Assembly (NCBI RefSeq): GCF_964204645.1
Contig: NC_134030.1
Coordinates: forward strand, 22,094,210-22,158,209
Reading direction: 5' to 3'
Length of the DNA stretch: 64,000 bases
Origin: Tubulanus polymorphus
Lineage: Eukaryota; Animalia; Nemertea
Shown here piece after piece: positions 26,301 to 36,909 of this stretch. The stretch's first letter is position 1, and each line of letters begins with the position of its first letter. The position numbers and the translations under genes were made by a program. Under the pieces are notes generated by a model. It saw only the letters and a program-made list of their open reading frames with translations. It was not told the origin of the DNA and searched no databases.

Positions 26301-28434
26301 TGAATGTTTGGGTGAATGCAGTAAAACAATGCGTGATAAATGGAACACTGGTGAGTACCCCTCATGAGTACTTCTCATGAGTACCCCTCATGAGTACCTA
26401 TCATCAGTACCTCTCTTGAGTACCTTATTCAAATGACCACCGAGCGTCTTGAGTACTGTTAAGTACAAGACTTGAATACAAATTGTAATTCGAGCAGGAA
26501 AGTTGATTGAGTACCATTTATTAACTGTCAGGATATGTAATTAGTGTGGTGAGTACAATGAGTACCAAATACAGACACTCAACTGAGTACCCGGCCCCGG
26601 TACCTGAATTGTGTAAAGACATTTAAATGATGTAATTCATTGATCAAGTTGAAACAAACTGCAAACTGAACCAGTTTTTCTGTGAACTAATGTTTCATGA
26701 TTTGATATTTTTAGACTATTTTAAAAACCGAAAGATGATTGTAGAGACAGGTAAATATTGTGTAGCTCTGATATTCAGCCCAGTACTGCCCCCTGGTGAC
26801 TTTATGAGATGTAACTATTCTGTTATTTGTATTTTAGACGAGATTGTTGATGAGATAAAACGCGAATATTTTCAGACTCCCGAATTTAGAAGTAGGTTTC
26901 CAGTAAAATCAGAACCTGTTTCAACAACCAGAACTCAAATATTAATATCTGTATGTATTGTATTATTATTTATAGGATCAGTTGAGACTGCAGTGAATGA
27001 AGCTATCAAGAATTCAGGTAATTAAATATTCTTCATAAATATGAATTCTGTGTTTGAATATTTCCAATTAGTCGAATTCAGATTTTGAAATGACTTCAGA
27101 TGTTTAGTGAAGGTGTATTTTTTTCAATGTAAACTTATATTTTACAGAAAAATCACAAGCCGGCAAAAAACCGAACTATGAAGTTGCAGGTTTGTAACAT
27201 TTCTGGTAACGAATTTGACCTGATGAATTTCACAGATTAGAAAACAAATTCCCTGGGAAAAAACAAATTCCATTTTAAATATGTCAACTATTTCGTTCCA
27301 TGGCTTCCTGTCGTTACTAGGGTGGTAGTCACCCTTGTTGATGATTTACCCCTAAGGGTAACTTTGAATCGCGGTCTATGAAATAAGGAAGATTATGTAA
27401 TATTCTGTTCAGAATTATATCTTATCATTATTTCAGTGAAATGGATAGCTGATGAAATGAAAGGTAAATTGACTGATAATAAATACTCAGTTTTATGATG
27501 AGTTTATGTTGATGTTTACAGAATCATTTCTAATTTCAGATTTCACGGTTAAACCATCTGAAATTTATGGTATGTGATATTGTTTTATATCTATATTTGT
27601 TGTATGGGTGGCTCATCTGTCAGACAACTGGGCGGGAAGTCGAGTAACAATTCACTAAAAATCCTGATGTTTTTTTTTTCAGAGCTTAATGAATTTGCTA
27701 AAATTGCACAACCAAAAGGTAATGAATAGATTATGTGTGTTAAAACTGATGTTATCGATTTTGATAATGTTTTATAATGTTATACGTAATTTAATTTATG
27801 TTTCAGTGATGAGGAAATCAAGAGAGTTGATGGATAAGATACGTGCTATAACAGATAAAGGTAATCAATATTGACTTCTATAAACATTTTACTGACTCAA
27901 TATTTCCATATTCATGGATTCATGTTTCCACATATATATATATATATAACGTGTCTTATGGTCCCCAAACCGGGAAATCAGGAATTGCAAAATAATATTT
28001 CATCATGGCTCAAAATATTTGCGTTGTAAGTTGATAGATTTTCCTCTCATTCTGGAAGTATTTTGAAAATTTATTTTGCGCTTCAACTTTCTTCACCGAT
28101 CTTTCTTGAAAATCACCTACATCAGCCAATCACCGGTAAAATGTTGATGTCACTGTAGTGTGTGATGATAGCTGCTAAATCTGGAAAATGAAAATCAACA
28201 CCCATGAAATACTCGGGTTTATTGACTTCATGTAATTGTGAGAACTATCCATAAATTCTGTTTTGAGTTCGATCACAAACTTGTTTGGTCTTTACTTCTT
28301 TAGATTTGAGTTTGATCTGATGTTATATGTGAATGATACAACTGTTTATAGTTTGAATGCATCAGTTCATATATTGTTTTCATTTCATTTTTCAGGCGAA
28401 TTAAAAAAGCTCGGTTTCCTGGTAGAGGAGTCGA
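637..28434 (+). CDS. Multi-exon gene of at least 74 short symmetric phase-1 exons; uncharacterised Glu/Lys-rich repetitive protein (~1,270 aa in window; 5' end probably upstream, 3' end unresolved)
   Basis: Exons read as polypyrimidine-AG...GT, each 3n long and open in the phase-1 frame: 637-711, 792-833, 1686-1730, 1865-1939, 2179-2226, 2461-2490, 2571-2621, 2707-2769, 3187-3270, 3738-3785, 3873-3911, 4089-4106, 4184-4231, 4321-4374, 4506-4553, 4881-4949, 5390-5419, 5668-5706, 5938-6093, 6233-6268; block A 7722-7739, 7864-7911, 8320-8397, 8530-8577, 9072-9155, 9335-9379, 9464-9514; B 9832-9867, 10128-10145, 10606-10656, 10861-10950, 11032-11109, 11200-11247, 11419-11472, 13553-13588; A' 13824-13835, 14273-14329 (or 14320), 14421-14549, 14772-14819, 15269-15352, 16473-16517, 16682-16732; B' 17408-17443, 17945-17962, 18807-18854, 19120-19242, 19324-19401, 19491-19538, 19742-19795, 20739-20780; C 21511-21564, 21643-21684, 21778-21819, 22530-22556, 22633-22665, 23122-23157, 23246-23299, 23870-23908; B'' 24329-24364, 25251-25268, 25467-25514, 25722-25811, 25893-25970, 26061-26108, 26297-26350, 26715-26750; C' 26838-26891, 26976-27017, 27148-27189, 27437-27463, 27540-27569, 27683-27718, 27807-27860, 28396-28434. 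Sum 3,813 nt. Translation begins PCLVPKPEDAIALLRWTSETWYEK-DHEYWVKTREQLQP-VKTEDFEVIEKSFSP. All length differences between paralogous exons are multiples of 3. A possible further exon lies at 28870-28914. Confidence 0.85.
1940..2015 (+). repeat. 16-bp minisatellite (gtaagagtagtgagtg) starting at a splice donor
   Basis: About 4.7 tandem copies directly after exon 1865-1939. Confidence 0.85.
6309..7678 (+). mobile_element. Non-autonomous Helentron/Helitron2-associated element (HINE/DINE-1-like) with internal ~150-bp tandem repeats
   Basis: Inserted in a T-run; 5' subterminal repeat gcccacttggga (6312) inverted at the 3' end as tcccaagtaggc (7644); 5' hairpin gggactttagtccc; (gtcc)n microsatellite ~6356-6373; about 5 tandem units ~6890-7620; 3' hairpin then ctagtt. 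This layout matches the described HINE organisation. Confidence 0.75.
9161..9250 (+). repeat. 22-bp minisatellite (acatctacagtaaactacattt), ~4 copies
   Basis: Visible tandem copies; short paralogue of the 15358-16410 array. Confidence 0.9.
11323..11380. repeat. (TA)n microsatellite
   Basis: Pure TA dinucleotide run. Confidence 0.97.
11494..13183. mobile_element. Non-autonomous TIR DNA transposon, IS3EU-like termini, with a duplicated right end
   Basis: Left end tatggtgactgataagggccatgaaaatatttcc is inverted at 13150-13183 (...catggtccttatcagccaccata) and again ending at 12850. Flanks ccctca/ccctcg form a 6-bp TSD with one mismatch. Absent from the paralogous intron after 26350. TAY..RTA ends with a 6-bp TSD fit IS3EU as I recall its definition. 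Confidence 0.7.
11872..12129. mobile_element. Nested 258-bp palindromic MITE (IS3EU-like ends)
   Basis: TIR tacggaagcccctaggtgacata / tatgtcacctaggggcttccgta; perfect 6-bp TSD cgctag (11866-11871 and 12130-12135); interior of ttcgacttaataagtcgaa palindromic units. Confidence 0.85.
13616..13750. mobile_element. Short MITE (gggccggttccata...tatggagccggcc)
   Basis: Imperfect terminal inverted repeats; similar ends at 36540-36648. Confidence 0.55.
15358..16410 (+). repeat. 22-bp minisatellite array (~47 copies, with 24-bp variants)
   Basis: Tandem acatctacagtaaactacattt directly after the donor of exon 15269-15352. Confidence 0.97.
16881..17225. mobile_element. Foldback-like insertion
   Basis: C/T-rich left arm (ccccttttcccattttgcccc) mirrors a G/A-rich right arm (ggggctaaatgggaaagggg); flanked by cttgtat on both sides; absent at the paralogous site near 24240. 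Confidence 0.6.
19818..20609. mobile_element. Probable degraded TIR element inserted in an intron
   Basis: ttattcgctaac...acgcaa at left is inverted as ttgcgt...gttagtgaataa at right; sequence absent from the paralogous intron 26351-26714. Confidence 0.5.
21876..22459. mobile_element. Nested MITE remnants including a ~110-bp near-perfect palindrome at ~21914-22025
   Basis: gttttatagactggtattatctttaacc ... ggttaaagataataccagtctataaaac inverted pair; inserts missing from the paralogous intron 27190-27436. Confidence 0.6.
24414..24961 (+). repeat. 14-15-bp minisatellite (taacactagactcc / taacccctaaactcc)
   Basis: Tandem array; only about 3 units at the paralogous position 17492-17545. Confidence 0.95.
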
Positions 28435-29222
28435 GTAAGTAAATTATACAGTCATCACTTTCTGATTTAGACTAGGATCGAGAGATGAAATAGTTTGACA
28501 TACAATAAATCGACAAAATTAAGATGAAATTAAGTTTCATTTTCTCTGGTTTGTGGGAGATCCGAAGTATATGATTAAACCGGTTTAATCCGGATCACTG
28601 GGGAAACCGGTGAAATTCATCTGGTTTATGAGAAATCACGATTTAAAATCGCATTCAATGAGATACTAGTTGATTGTTTAATAAATAGTCATAAAACTGA
28701 ACGGAATCTCAGAATTCGGATTTAACTGATCCTGATTAGGTTAATCCGGTATTCATGGTTCTAATCTCTACTGAACAGTTTAAGACATTAATGAACAACA
28801 ATGTTCAATAATATGATATCAAAACTCCTCACTTAGATGAATAAAAAGAGTCTGAATTGTTTCCTTTAGAAGATATTCATTCAACGTTTGAATTATATCC
28901 TTTAATAGCTAAAAGTAATCATCATAAATACTAGTATTATAACAAAATTATTAGGTTTAATGCTATACAGAACAAGTCACGAAATAAGTTACGAACTGTA
29001 TTCAGATGTAATACAAACTAGGGGTAATATACAGCATTAAAACGGTTACAAGTTAAACATATTAAGGGAACTTAAAGAATACAACAGTGAATATAAGTTA
29101 ATGATTGGATATCTAAAGCAGAACAAACTCTAAGGTGTTTGTAATTGTATTTGATGTTTGGTTTATATTGTATTTATTAATAGGGGCTTAGTAGAAGTCT
29201 AAGTAATGAAACTGCTGGTGAA

Positions 29223-29793
29223 GGTAGATCGGGTACTGGCCGACCAGTGAGTGGTGATGGTAGATCGGGTACTGGCCGACCAGTGAGTGGTAGATCGGGT
29301 ACTGGCCGACCAGTGAGTGGTGATGGTAGATCGGGTACTGGCCGACCAGTGAGTGGTGATGGTAGATCGGGTACTGGCCGACCAGTGAGTGGTAGATCGG
29401 GTACTGGCCGACCAGTGAGTGGTGATGGTAGATCGGGTACTGGCCGACCAGTGAGTGGTGATGGTAGATCGGGTACTGGCCGACCAGTGAGTGGTGATGG
29501 TAGATCGGGTACTGGCCGACCAGTGAGTGGTGATGGTAGATCGGGTACTGGCCGACCAATGAGTGGTGATGGTAGATCGGGTACTGACCGACCAGTGAGT
29601 GGTGATGGTAGATCGGGTACTGGCCGACCAATGAGTGGTGATGGTAGATCGGGTACTGGCCGACCAATGAGTGGTGATGGTAGATCGGGTACTGACCGAC
29701 CAGTGAGTGGTGATGGTAGATCGGGTACTGACCGACCAGTGAGTGGTGATGGTAGATCGGGTACTGGCCGACCAGTGAGTGGTGGTGGTAGAT
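29223..29793 (+). repeat. 39-bp minisatellite (with 33-bp variants), ~15 copies
   Basis: ggtagatcgggtactggccgaccagtgagtggtgat-type units; explains the repetitive ORFs on both strands. Confidence 0.95.
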
Positions 29794-31569
29794 CACTTGA
29801 TGGCTAGTATAGCGAACAATGCGTGGCAGTGGGTACAGCGCTTGTGTTGTTAGTCCGACTAGTGAGTTAACTCATTGATAATGAACTGGTTTTAACTCGG
29901 AGTAACTTTGGAACCGGTTCCCACTGTTTGAACTGTTTGCGTATTGCGTATTGTTTTTAGAATTGATTGCTTTGCGTCGCCCGGTAGAAAATACGCTTCA
30001 ATCTTGCATGTTTCAATATTTCAAAAACCGGAACTTGTTTATTCGATCTGTGTTATAACTTAGACCCGGTCCTCAGTTATAGCCGATATAACAACTTAAA
30101 CCAAGTCTTTAGATTTCAGACAATTTTTGGACTTAAGACATTTGAGAGTTGGAAATAAAATACTGCCCAAGGTCATTTCTCCATTAAACAGTACACAAGT
30201 CGAATTAGACTCAGATATACGGTTTTACAACTGTCAACAATATCATCAGCCTATACCTAAAAATCAGTGATGGTGACGATTAATTAAAATCAATCAGTTT
30301 AAATAATAAGAATCTCTCAAAGGTGAAAAGTATTCCATCTTTTTATGGGAGAAACAAGACTCCCAGCATGTTAGTAGTCGAATGAAACACTCTAATCGAA
30401 GAAGTCCCACAATTCGAATTTTTATACGATGTAATTTATTAAAACGAAACCACAACGTTTCGGCTGTTAACTTCCACCTGATGATGGCTGTTAGTCACAA
30501 ATGAAATTTCGAATTGTTGGACTTCTTCGATTCTGTACATGTACCGCGCTAAACGAAACTATCTTAGCAACTTCTTACGCACTGGGGTCCGTGAGGTGCG
30601 TTAGGCTTGAGTGAAAACTTAATGTGAATGACTTAATTTCAACCCATGATCTCAAAATAAACTCATAACTGTGGAACTGGGTCTAAAAAGAGAAAAGTGT
30701 GGTTTAAGATAAAATCATTGTAATTTGTGTTATTTATTTCATGCTCTATTGTAGTGCTACATTTACTAATTAGCAGATTGTTCGTTAAAATTGATTAATC
30801 TAATTGTAATTGATTATTCTCGAATATTTTGTGCTTTTCGCGGACGACTGAAATACTGTCGCAAAGATACAGTCTGTATCTAATAGTCCTACTTAAATGT
30901 TCAATAACTATGGACTTTTAAGAGTCCATGAATGAACTAACTGAAACAAGTCGGATTTAGGATTTATAACTGAGACGCTTTTGTATATTGTGAAATTACT
31001 GAAATATACCGTGTAACTGAATTGCGCAATAGATTGATTATAACAGAATGTGTAGGCATCTTGAGATCTAGGGGATTAATCGATTAATTATTTACTAAAA
31101 CATACTATATTGTGATCTAACTAGAACAGTCTTGGAGGCCATTGGAGTGATCTTACTGCATTTTGATCTGAATTGATTTATTTGAACCAGTTTTGTAAAA
31201 CTTTTATGAAACCGATGATGTTTGATGCGGTTTGTAAGACCATGGAGATCGTGGACTCCTGGTAAAACCAGGGAGATCGTGGGCTTCTAGTAAAACTTTG
31301 TACTGTGTTTTTGTGCTAGAAATCGCTAATGATGTAACGTGCTTCTTTTATTCGCTGAAATAAAAAGAATTTATCTATAAATGTGAAGTCATTGTTTTCT
31401 TGTGTCAAATGCAGCCGAGGTAGAATCGACCCGGGTCGCTGGTGAAGTTCAACGTTTTTTGATATCATTCCCTGGATGATAAGGAGAAGGTGCCGGGCGG
31501 AGGGGAGGGAGCGGGGTAACGTCCTCGACTGAATTATAATCCGTTTTATATAAAAATATGTAATGAGTG

Positions 31570-32170
31570 GTACTAGTCTCTTTAAATAGAACAGTCTGCA
31601 AACGACTTGAAAGATAGTTTCAAAACCAAAGTAATGTTGTACCTCTAATGCCATGATGGCAAAGTTTAGACAATAGAATTTCATGGTTTACTGTATCAAA
31701 TGCACGTGAAAGGTCTAAAAATATTCCTATAGTAGATTTGCCATTGTCTAAATTATTGATTATTTTATCTATAATAACAGTAATAGCCATGTCAGTGGAA
31801 TGGTCTTTCCTAAATCCAAATTGACATGGAGATTGTATTTTATGTTTGTCCAAAAAACTTATAACTCTTTTATAGATAACTTTTTCTAAGATCTTAGAAA
31901 TACATGTCTGGAAGAATTGATATAGGTCTGTAATTTGAAAAATGAGAAGCATCTCCAGATTTAAATCTTCGATATTTTGATGGATTCAGGTACTTGCCCA
32001 TTAGCTAGACTTAGATTCAGGATATGAGATAACGGCATAGATATAACGTTAATAACTATCTTGAGGATCTTTTGATTAATACCATCATGACCAGTGTTAT
32101 CGCTATTTTTGAATTTTGAAACTATATTTTCAATTTCTAAACAATCTGTAGGAGAGATAAACAAATTATT
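31570..32170 (-). mobile_element. Decayed non-LTR retrotransposon (CR1/L2 group) reverse transcriptase fragment
   Basis: Broken frames give GHDGINQKILK, PLSHILNLSL, KILEKVIYKR, QFGFRKDHST, IFLDLSRAFDTVNHEILLSKL and GIRGTTLLWF, typical of CR1-like ORF2; interrupted by a stop and frameshifts. Confidence 0.9.
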
Positions 32171-32999
32171 TTGTTATGTGGCGGACCCAGAAAAGAGAAC
32201 AGGAAAATTAATTTTAATGAATTATTTGACGCCTGCGAAAAAATGCAGAATTTTTGGGATAAGCTTACGTGGGATTGAAAATTTGAAATCGAAGTTTTAA
32301 GAAATTTGGGTTTGAGGTTTGGGTAGCAGGTCGGCCGGGCTAAATCCCGGCCGGGGACCAGTCACTCGATATCCTATCTTGAGTCTGGGTTGAAGTAGAC
32401 ATTGTCATTTGAAATAGCAATAGGCTTGTTTATGTTATTCCGTATGAATTACGCCCGTGTTTTGTATGTTGTGTTTTCTTATTCTAAAATTTGTAACTTT
32501 ATTGAATTTGGGAATCTTATATGTAATGCTCAACATAATCATCAATAACGAATAATTAAATTGTCGCCTGAAGCACATGCCATCAGAGGACGCGGAGCCG
32601 TATATGACAGCTATGCTATTATAAATTGCTAATCTCATGAAACCGGCATACCCCTAATATCGAACATACTTTCTAAAACATTTGAATATTGAAATTATAT
32701 GTTTACACGTTTTTATATAGACCGCTTGAAGCCGTCGATGAAATTCACACCGGCCCTACACAGATCGTAGATAGCTTCGTCATTCCACCAGCATCCACAT
32801 GTCAGGGTCTGACTTTTATATCAGACTTCCAAATCGTGTATAGATCCGCCATTATGACCGAATAATCCGATTTACTTATCATTTCTATTTATGCCTACCT
32901 CTTCTGATATAATCATACATCAATTATTACTATTACAATACGTCTTCTAATGACATTATGTAATCACAGTAAGACATTCTACATCTTTGTCAATTATAT

Positions 33000-34430
33000 T
33001 TTGCCAAGTAGCTTGGTTGTGTACACATAGACCTGTGATGTTTTGCACATCGATTTACGGTTGTCGTTTGTAAAATGACGCTGAATGGTTAGCATTGTTT
33101 AGGTTTCATAATGGTAACGTTTTATAAGGCGTCAAAAAATGTTTCCTTATTAGGTAAAATATCATTTGCTAAATTTGGACCCGCTTGTGTGAGACACTCA
33201 TTAAATTCATTGGCTATAGTAAGATTATTTTCGTACAGAACACCATTCTTTTCAAAAATATCTGGAAATCAAGGCTTTGTGATTGTCTATTAATTAGGTT
33301 ATTAATTATTTTCCAGGTTTCTTTGGAGTCTCTCGCATTGTTTAACATAGTATTATAATGCAGCCTTTTAGCTTTTTGATACAAGAATTAACAAGAGGAC
33401 TTCAAAGTCCTGGGGTTCGAAGAAGCAAAGTCTGATGTACTAAATTATAAATCACATAAAAGAAAGGCAAATTATGAAAAGAAATTGCTATTCCATTAGA
33501 GAAGTTTGTTTTCAATTTGTTTTCCGTTTGCATTGCGCACGTGTTAAATGATATGCTTTGTAATTATATTAAGGTGTAATAAAGTTATTTTGAGTTTGAA
33601 TTTTGAATTTGAATTGTTTACATCTGACGTCATCGATAAAATGCGGCGCGCAGCTGAGCTTGCCTGTCAATCAACATGATTGGTTTACACTAAAAATACG
33701 CTCACTTGAAAAACTTGTAGTGTATCAATGTAGAATTTTCGGCACAATATCCGATGCTAAATACCTTACTTTAAAGGTTTATTTGGTGTAAATCGGATCA
33801 CAAATATTTCTAATATTTTGTTCTTAACTTTTGAAGTGGAAGCCGGTGTCGGCATCAACGTGTGTATGGCTGTACGTACGGGTACTGGCGCTTTATCTGG
33901 CTAAGCATTGATGGTGTATTTATGCGCGAGTAGATGTAATGACTTGTTTTAACCAACCGCTAAATCAGCATTCATTACGCATGATTTTAGAAAATGATAT
34001 TATTCAGAGTATTTGAATATATCTATCATGATAATTATAATATTCTTAAGACAAGCGAATTACGTATGTGGACCTATTTCATTGAGGCGTATCAGTCAAT
34101 CTGAAAAAAAAACCTTCCGATCCTGTCCTGTTTGATGACTGCAACTTGACGATAGCTTAGGTTCTCATTCTTCGAACCAAAAACGTTTCTGTATCTATTG
34201 TAGATGTCTCTATCAGTCTGAAGTTTGCTAAAATCTTCTATAGAGAGAATCCCTTCTTTTAAAGAAATCAATAAACCGTTGGTAAACCTTTCGTGTCCCA
34301 TCGAAAATCTTCTATTGATTATAGGGAAGCATTCCGTGTTGTATTTATAGAATACATCATAAAAAGAGTTATAGGCCACAGTATCGTGGATATTAATCAC
34401 ATGGGTCCAATCATGTGCAATAAATATCAT
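33000..34430 (-). mobile_element. Further decayed CR1-like ORF2 fragments (region between endonuclease and RT)
   Basis: Minus-strand peptides such as IANEFNECLTQAGPNLANDI (~33160-33220) and DWTHVINIHD..AYNSFYDVF..YNTECFPI (~34320-34415) resemble CR1 ORF2 linker segments. Confidence 0.5.
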
Positions 34431-34441
34431 ATAAATTATGA

Positions 34442-34490
34442 CATTCATTCATCCATTCATTCATTCATTCATTCATTCATTCATTCATTC
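34442..34490. repeat. (CATT)n microsatellite
   Basis: Tetranucleotide run. Confidence 0.95.
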
Positions 34491-35756
34491 AAGTGTGGAC
34501 GATCAGTTTTTGAAAGGTTTTGAAAGTGCGCTGATAAATTGTCTAATATCTGGTGTTCGTAATTCATTTTCAATAAAAACCGTCTTAGATGACGAACTGA
34601 ACACATGTGAAGTGTGGACAATCAGTTTTTGAAAGTGAGCTGATAAAATGTCTAATGTCTGGTGTTTTTAGTTCATTTCCAATTAAAAATGTCTCAAGTG
34701 AAGCACTGAACACATGTGAAGTGTGGACGATCAGTTGTTGAAAGTGAGCTGATGTCTAATGTCTGGTGTTTGTAGTTCATTTTCAATTGAAAATGTCTAA
34801 GGTGAAGTTCTGAAGTTCTGAAATTTATTTTCTGCACTTTCCATTCAAATCCTTGTCGTTAAGGTAAGATTCCAATTTTCATATTTCGACTTTTTGATAA
34901 CGAAAACCGAAGGTAGGACTGTATTTCGGAATGAAATGCTGATAATATTTTGCACCTTTGACACTGGATGAATTCCAGAACTGTAACCTAGGATACGGTT
35001 TGTACTGTAAGTTTCAAAACCAGTAGTTGACATATGAATGCGGCGTGTATTGAAGATCTATGAACTTTTCAACTTTTTGTCATCTGCTGTAAATTCAACT
35101 TCGCCGCTCGATATATGATTCCTCTGAATCATCATTCCTCGTTTCAAAATACATATCTACCTGCGTATATCTAATATCACAGTTTGTGAAAGTGTGCTGA
35201 TAAAATGTCTAATATCTGGTGTTTGTAGTTCATTTTTAATTAAAAATGTCTCAGGTGAAGCCCTGAACACATGTGAAGTGTGGACGATCAGTTTATGAAA
35301 GTGTGCTGATAAAATGTCTAATGTCTGGTGTTTGTAGTCCATTTTCAATTAAAAATGTCTCAGGTGAAGCCCTGAACACATGTGAAGTGTGGACGATCAG
35401 TTTATGAAAGTGTGCTGATAAAATGTCTAATATCTGGTGTTTGTAGTTCATTTTCAATTAAAAATGTCTCAGGTGAAGCCCTGAACACATGTGAAGTGTG
35501 GACGATCAGTTTATGAAAGTGTGCTGATAAAATGTCTAATATCTGGTGTTTGTAGTCCATTTTCAATTAAAAATGTCTCAGTTGAAGCACTGAACACATG
35601 TGAAGTGTGGACGATCAGTTTTTGAAAGTGTGCTGATAAAATGTCTAATATCTGGTGTTTGTAGTTCATTTTCAATTAAAAATGTCTCAGGTGAAGCACT
35701 GAACACATGTGAAGTGTGGACGATCAGTTTTTGAAATGTGCTGATAAAGTGTCTAG
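34491..35756 (+). repeat. ~114-bp satellite in two blocks (34491-34810 and 35182-35756)
   Basis: Unit aagtgtgctgataaaatgtctaatatctggtgtttgtagttcattttcaattaaaaatgtctcaggtgaagccctgaacacatgtgaagtgtggacgatcagttt; the spacer ~34985-35180 recurs at ~35928-36235. Confidence 0.92.
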
Positions 35757-36909
35757 TTTTTTAATTTGAAGTGCGCTTTAAATTAAAATTTCTGCAATTC
35801 TGTAAAAGCTTCCGATTTTTACATCAATATTTTCAATGGCGAATCCGGGAGCGAAATTGTATTTCGGACGGAAAACTTTGAAAATATTTTGCGCATTTGA
35901 CAAACGGAGAATCCCAGAATGAAGCTGTTACCTAGGATACGGTTTGTACTGTAAGTTTCAAAACCAGTAGTTGATATACGAAATGCGTGTATTGAAGATC
36001 TATGAACTTTTCAACTTTTTGTCATTTGCTCGGGTTGTAAATTATATGTTCAACTTCGCCGCTCGATAGTTCCTCGTTCCGATGCGTATATAGCCCTGAA
36101 GGCTTCGAAGTTAATTAGAGAGAACTTCAAACAACCACCATCTCATCTATCCTGATATCTAAAACCCGATCGATTCCTCTGAATCATCATTCCTCGTTTC
36201 AAAATACATATCTACCTGCATATATCTAATATCATAGTAATTCAAAGTTTCTAGATATTTTTCATTTGACTGTACAAAACCAACGCCCAGTAACTGACGT
36301 GTTGCACAGAAACTTTGGAGCCGACTTAAAACCGGGCTCAGTTGCTCAAAGGTTCGTTCGAACTGGAGCTAACTATAAACCTAGGCTGGTTTTATTGACT
36401 AGTTTTATCGTTAGCCCTTGTGTAAACTCAGAGGGAGTATTTCAGGGCCAGTCGCCACAGTCACGACTTAATTGGTCGACTATACACAACTAAGAGGGTT
36501 TTAGACTGAGGTTACATTTAAGCCATGAACTCAACTCTGGGACCAGTTCCATAGTCGAGACTTACGTCCAAAAGTGGTCATCGATCTTTGAATTCATTAC
36601 ATTGGCTATTAGAACTAAGACTAAGCAATGACCATGGAGCCGGCCCCAGAAGTCGTAATTTGCTTACATTATGCAAAATATTAAATTGTTTGAGACCATT
36701 TGTTCTTCGGGAAATCTAACAACTACTTATGCAACTGGAGCCCGGGGTTAAAGTTAAAACCGATCCTAGTCCATGAGGGACTGATTTTTGAATTTATACT
36801 TGGATATAAAGTACTTAGATTTAACGATTTAAAGGATTTAACAAAATCAGAATTTAATCCTAAGCAAGAAAATTTATTTGATTTCACACTGTATAAATAC
36901 AACGAATTC

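Noticed and set aside
29188-29807. 202-aa and 186-aa repetitive ORFs on opposite strands
   Set aside because: By-products of a 39/33-bp minisatellite (unit lengths divisible by 3); no unique coding flanks.
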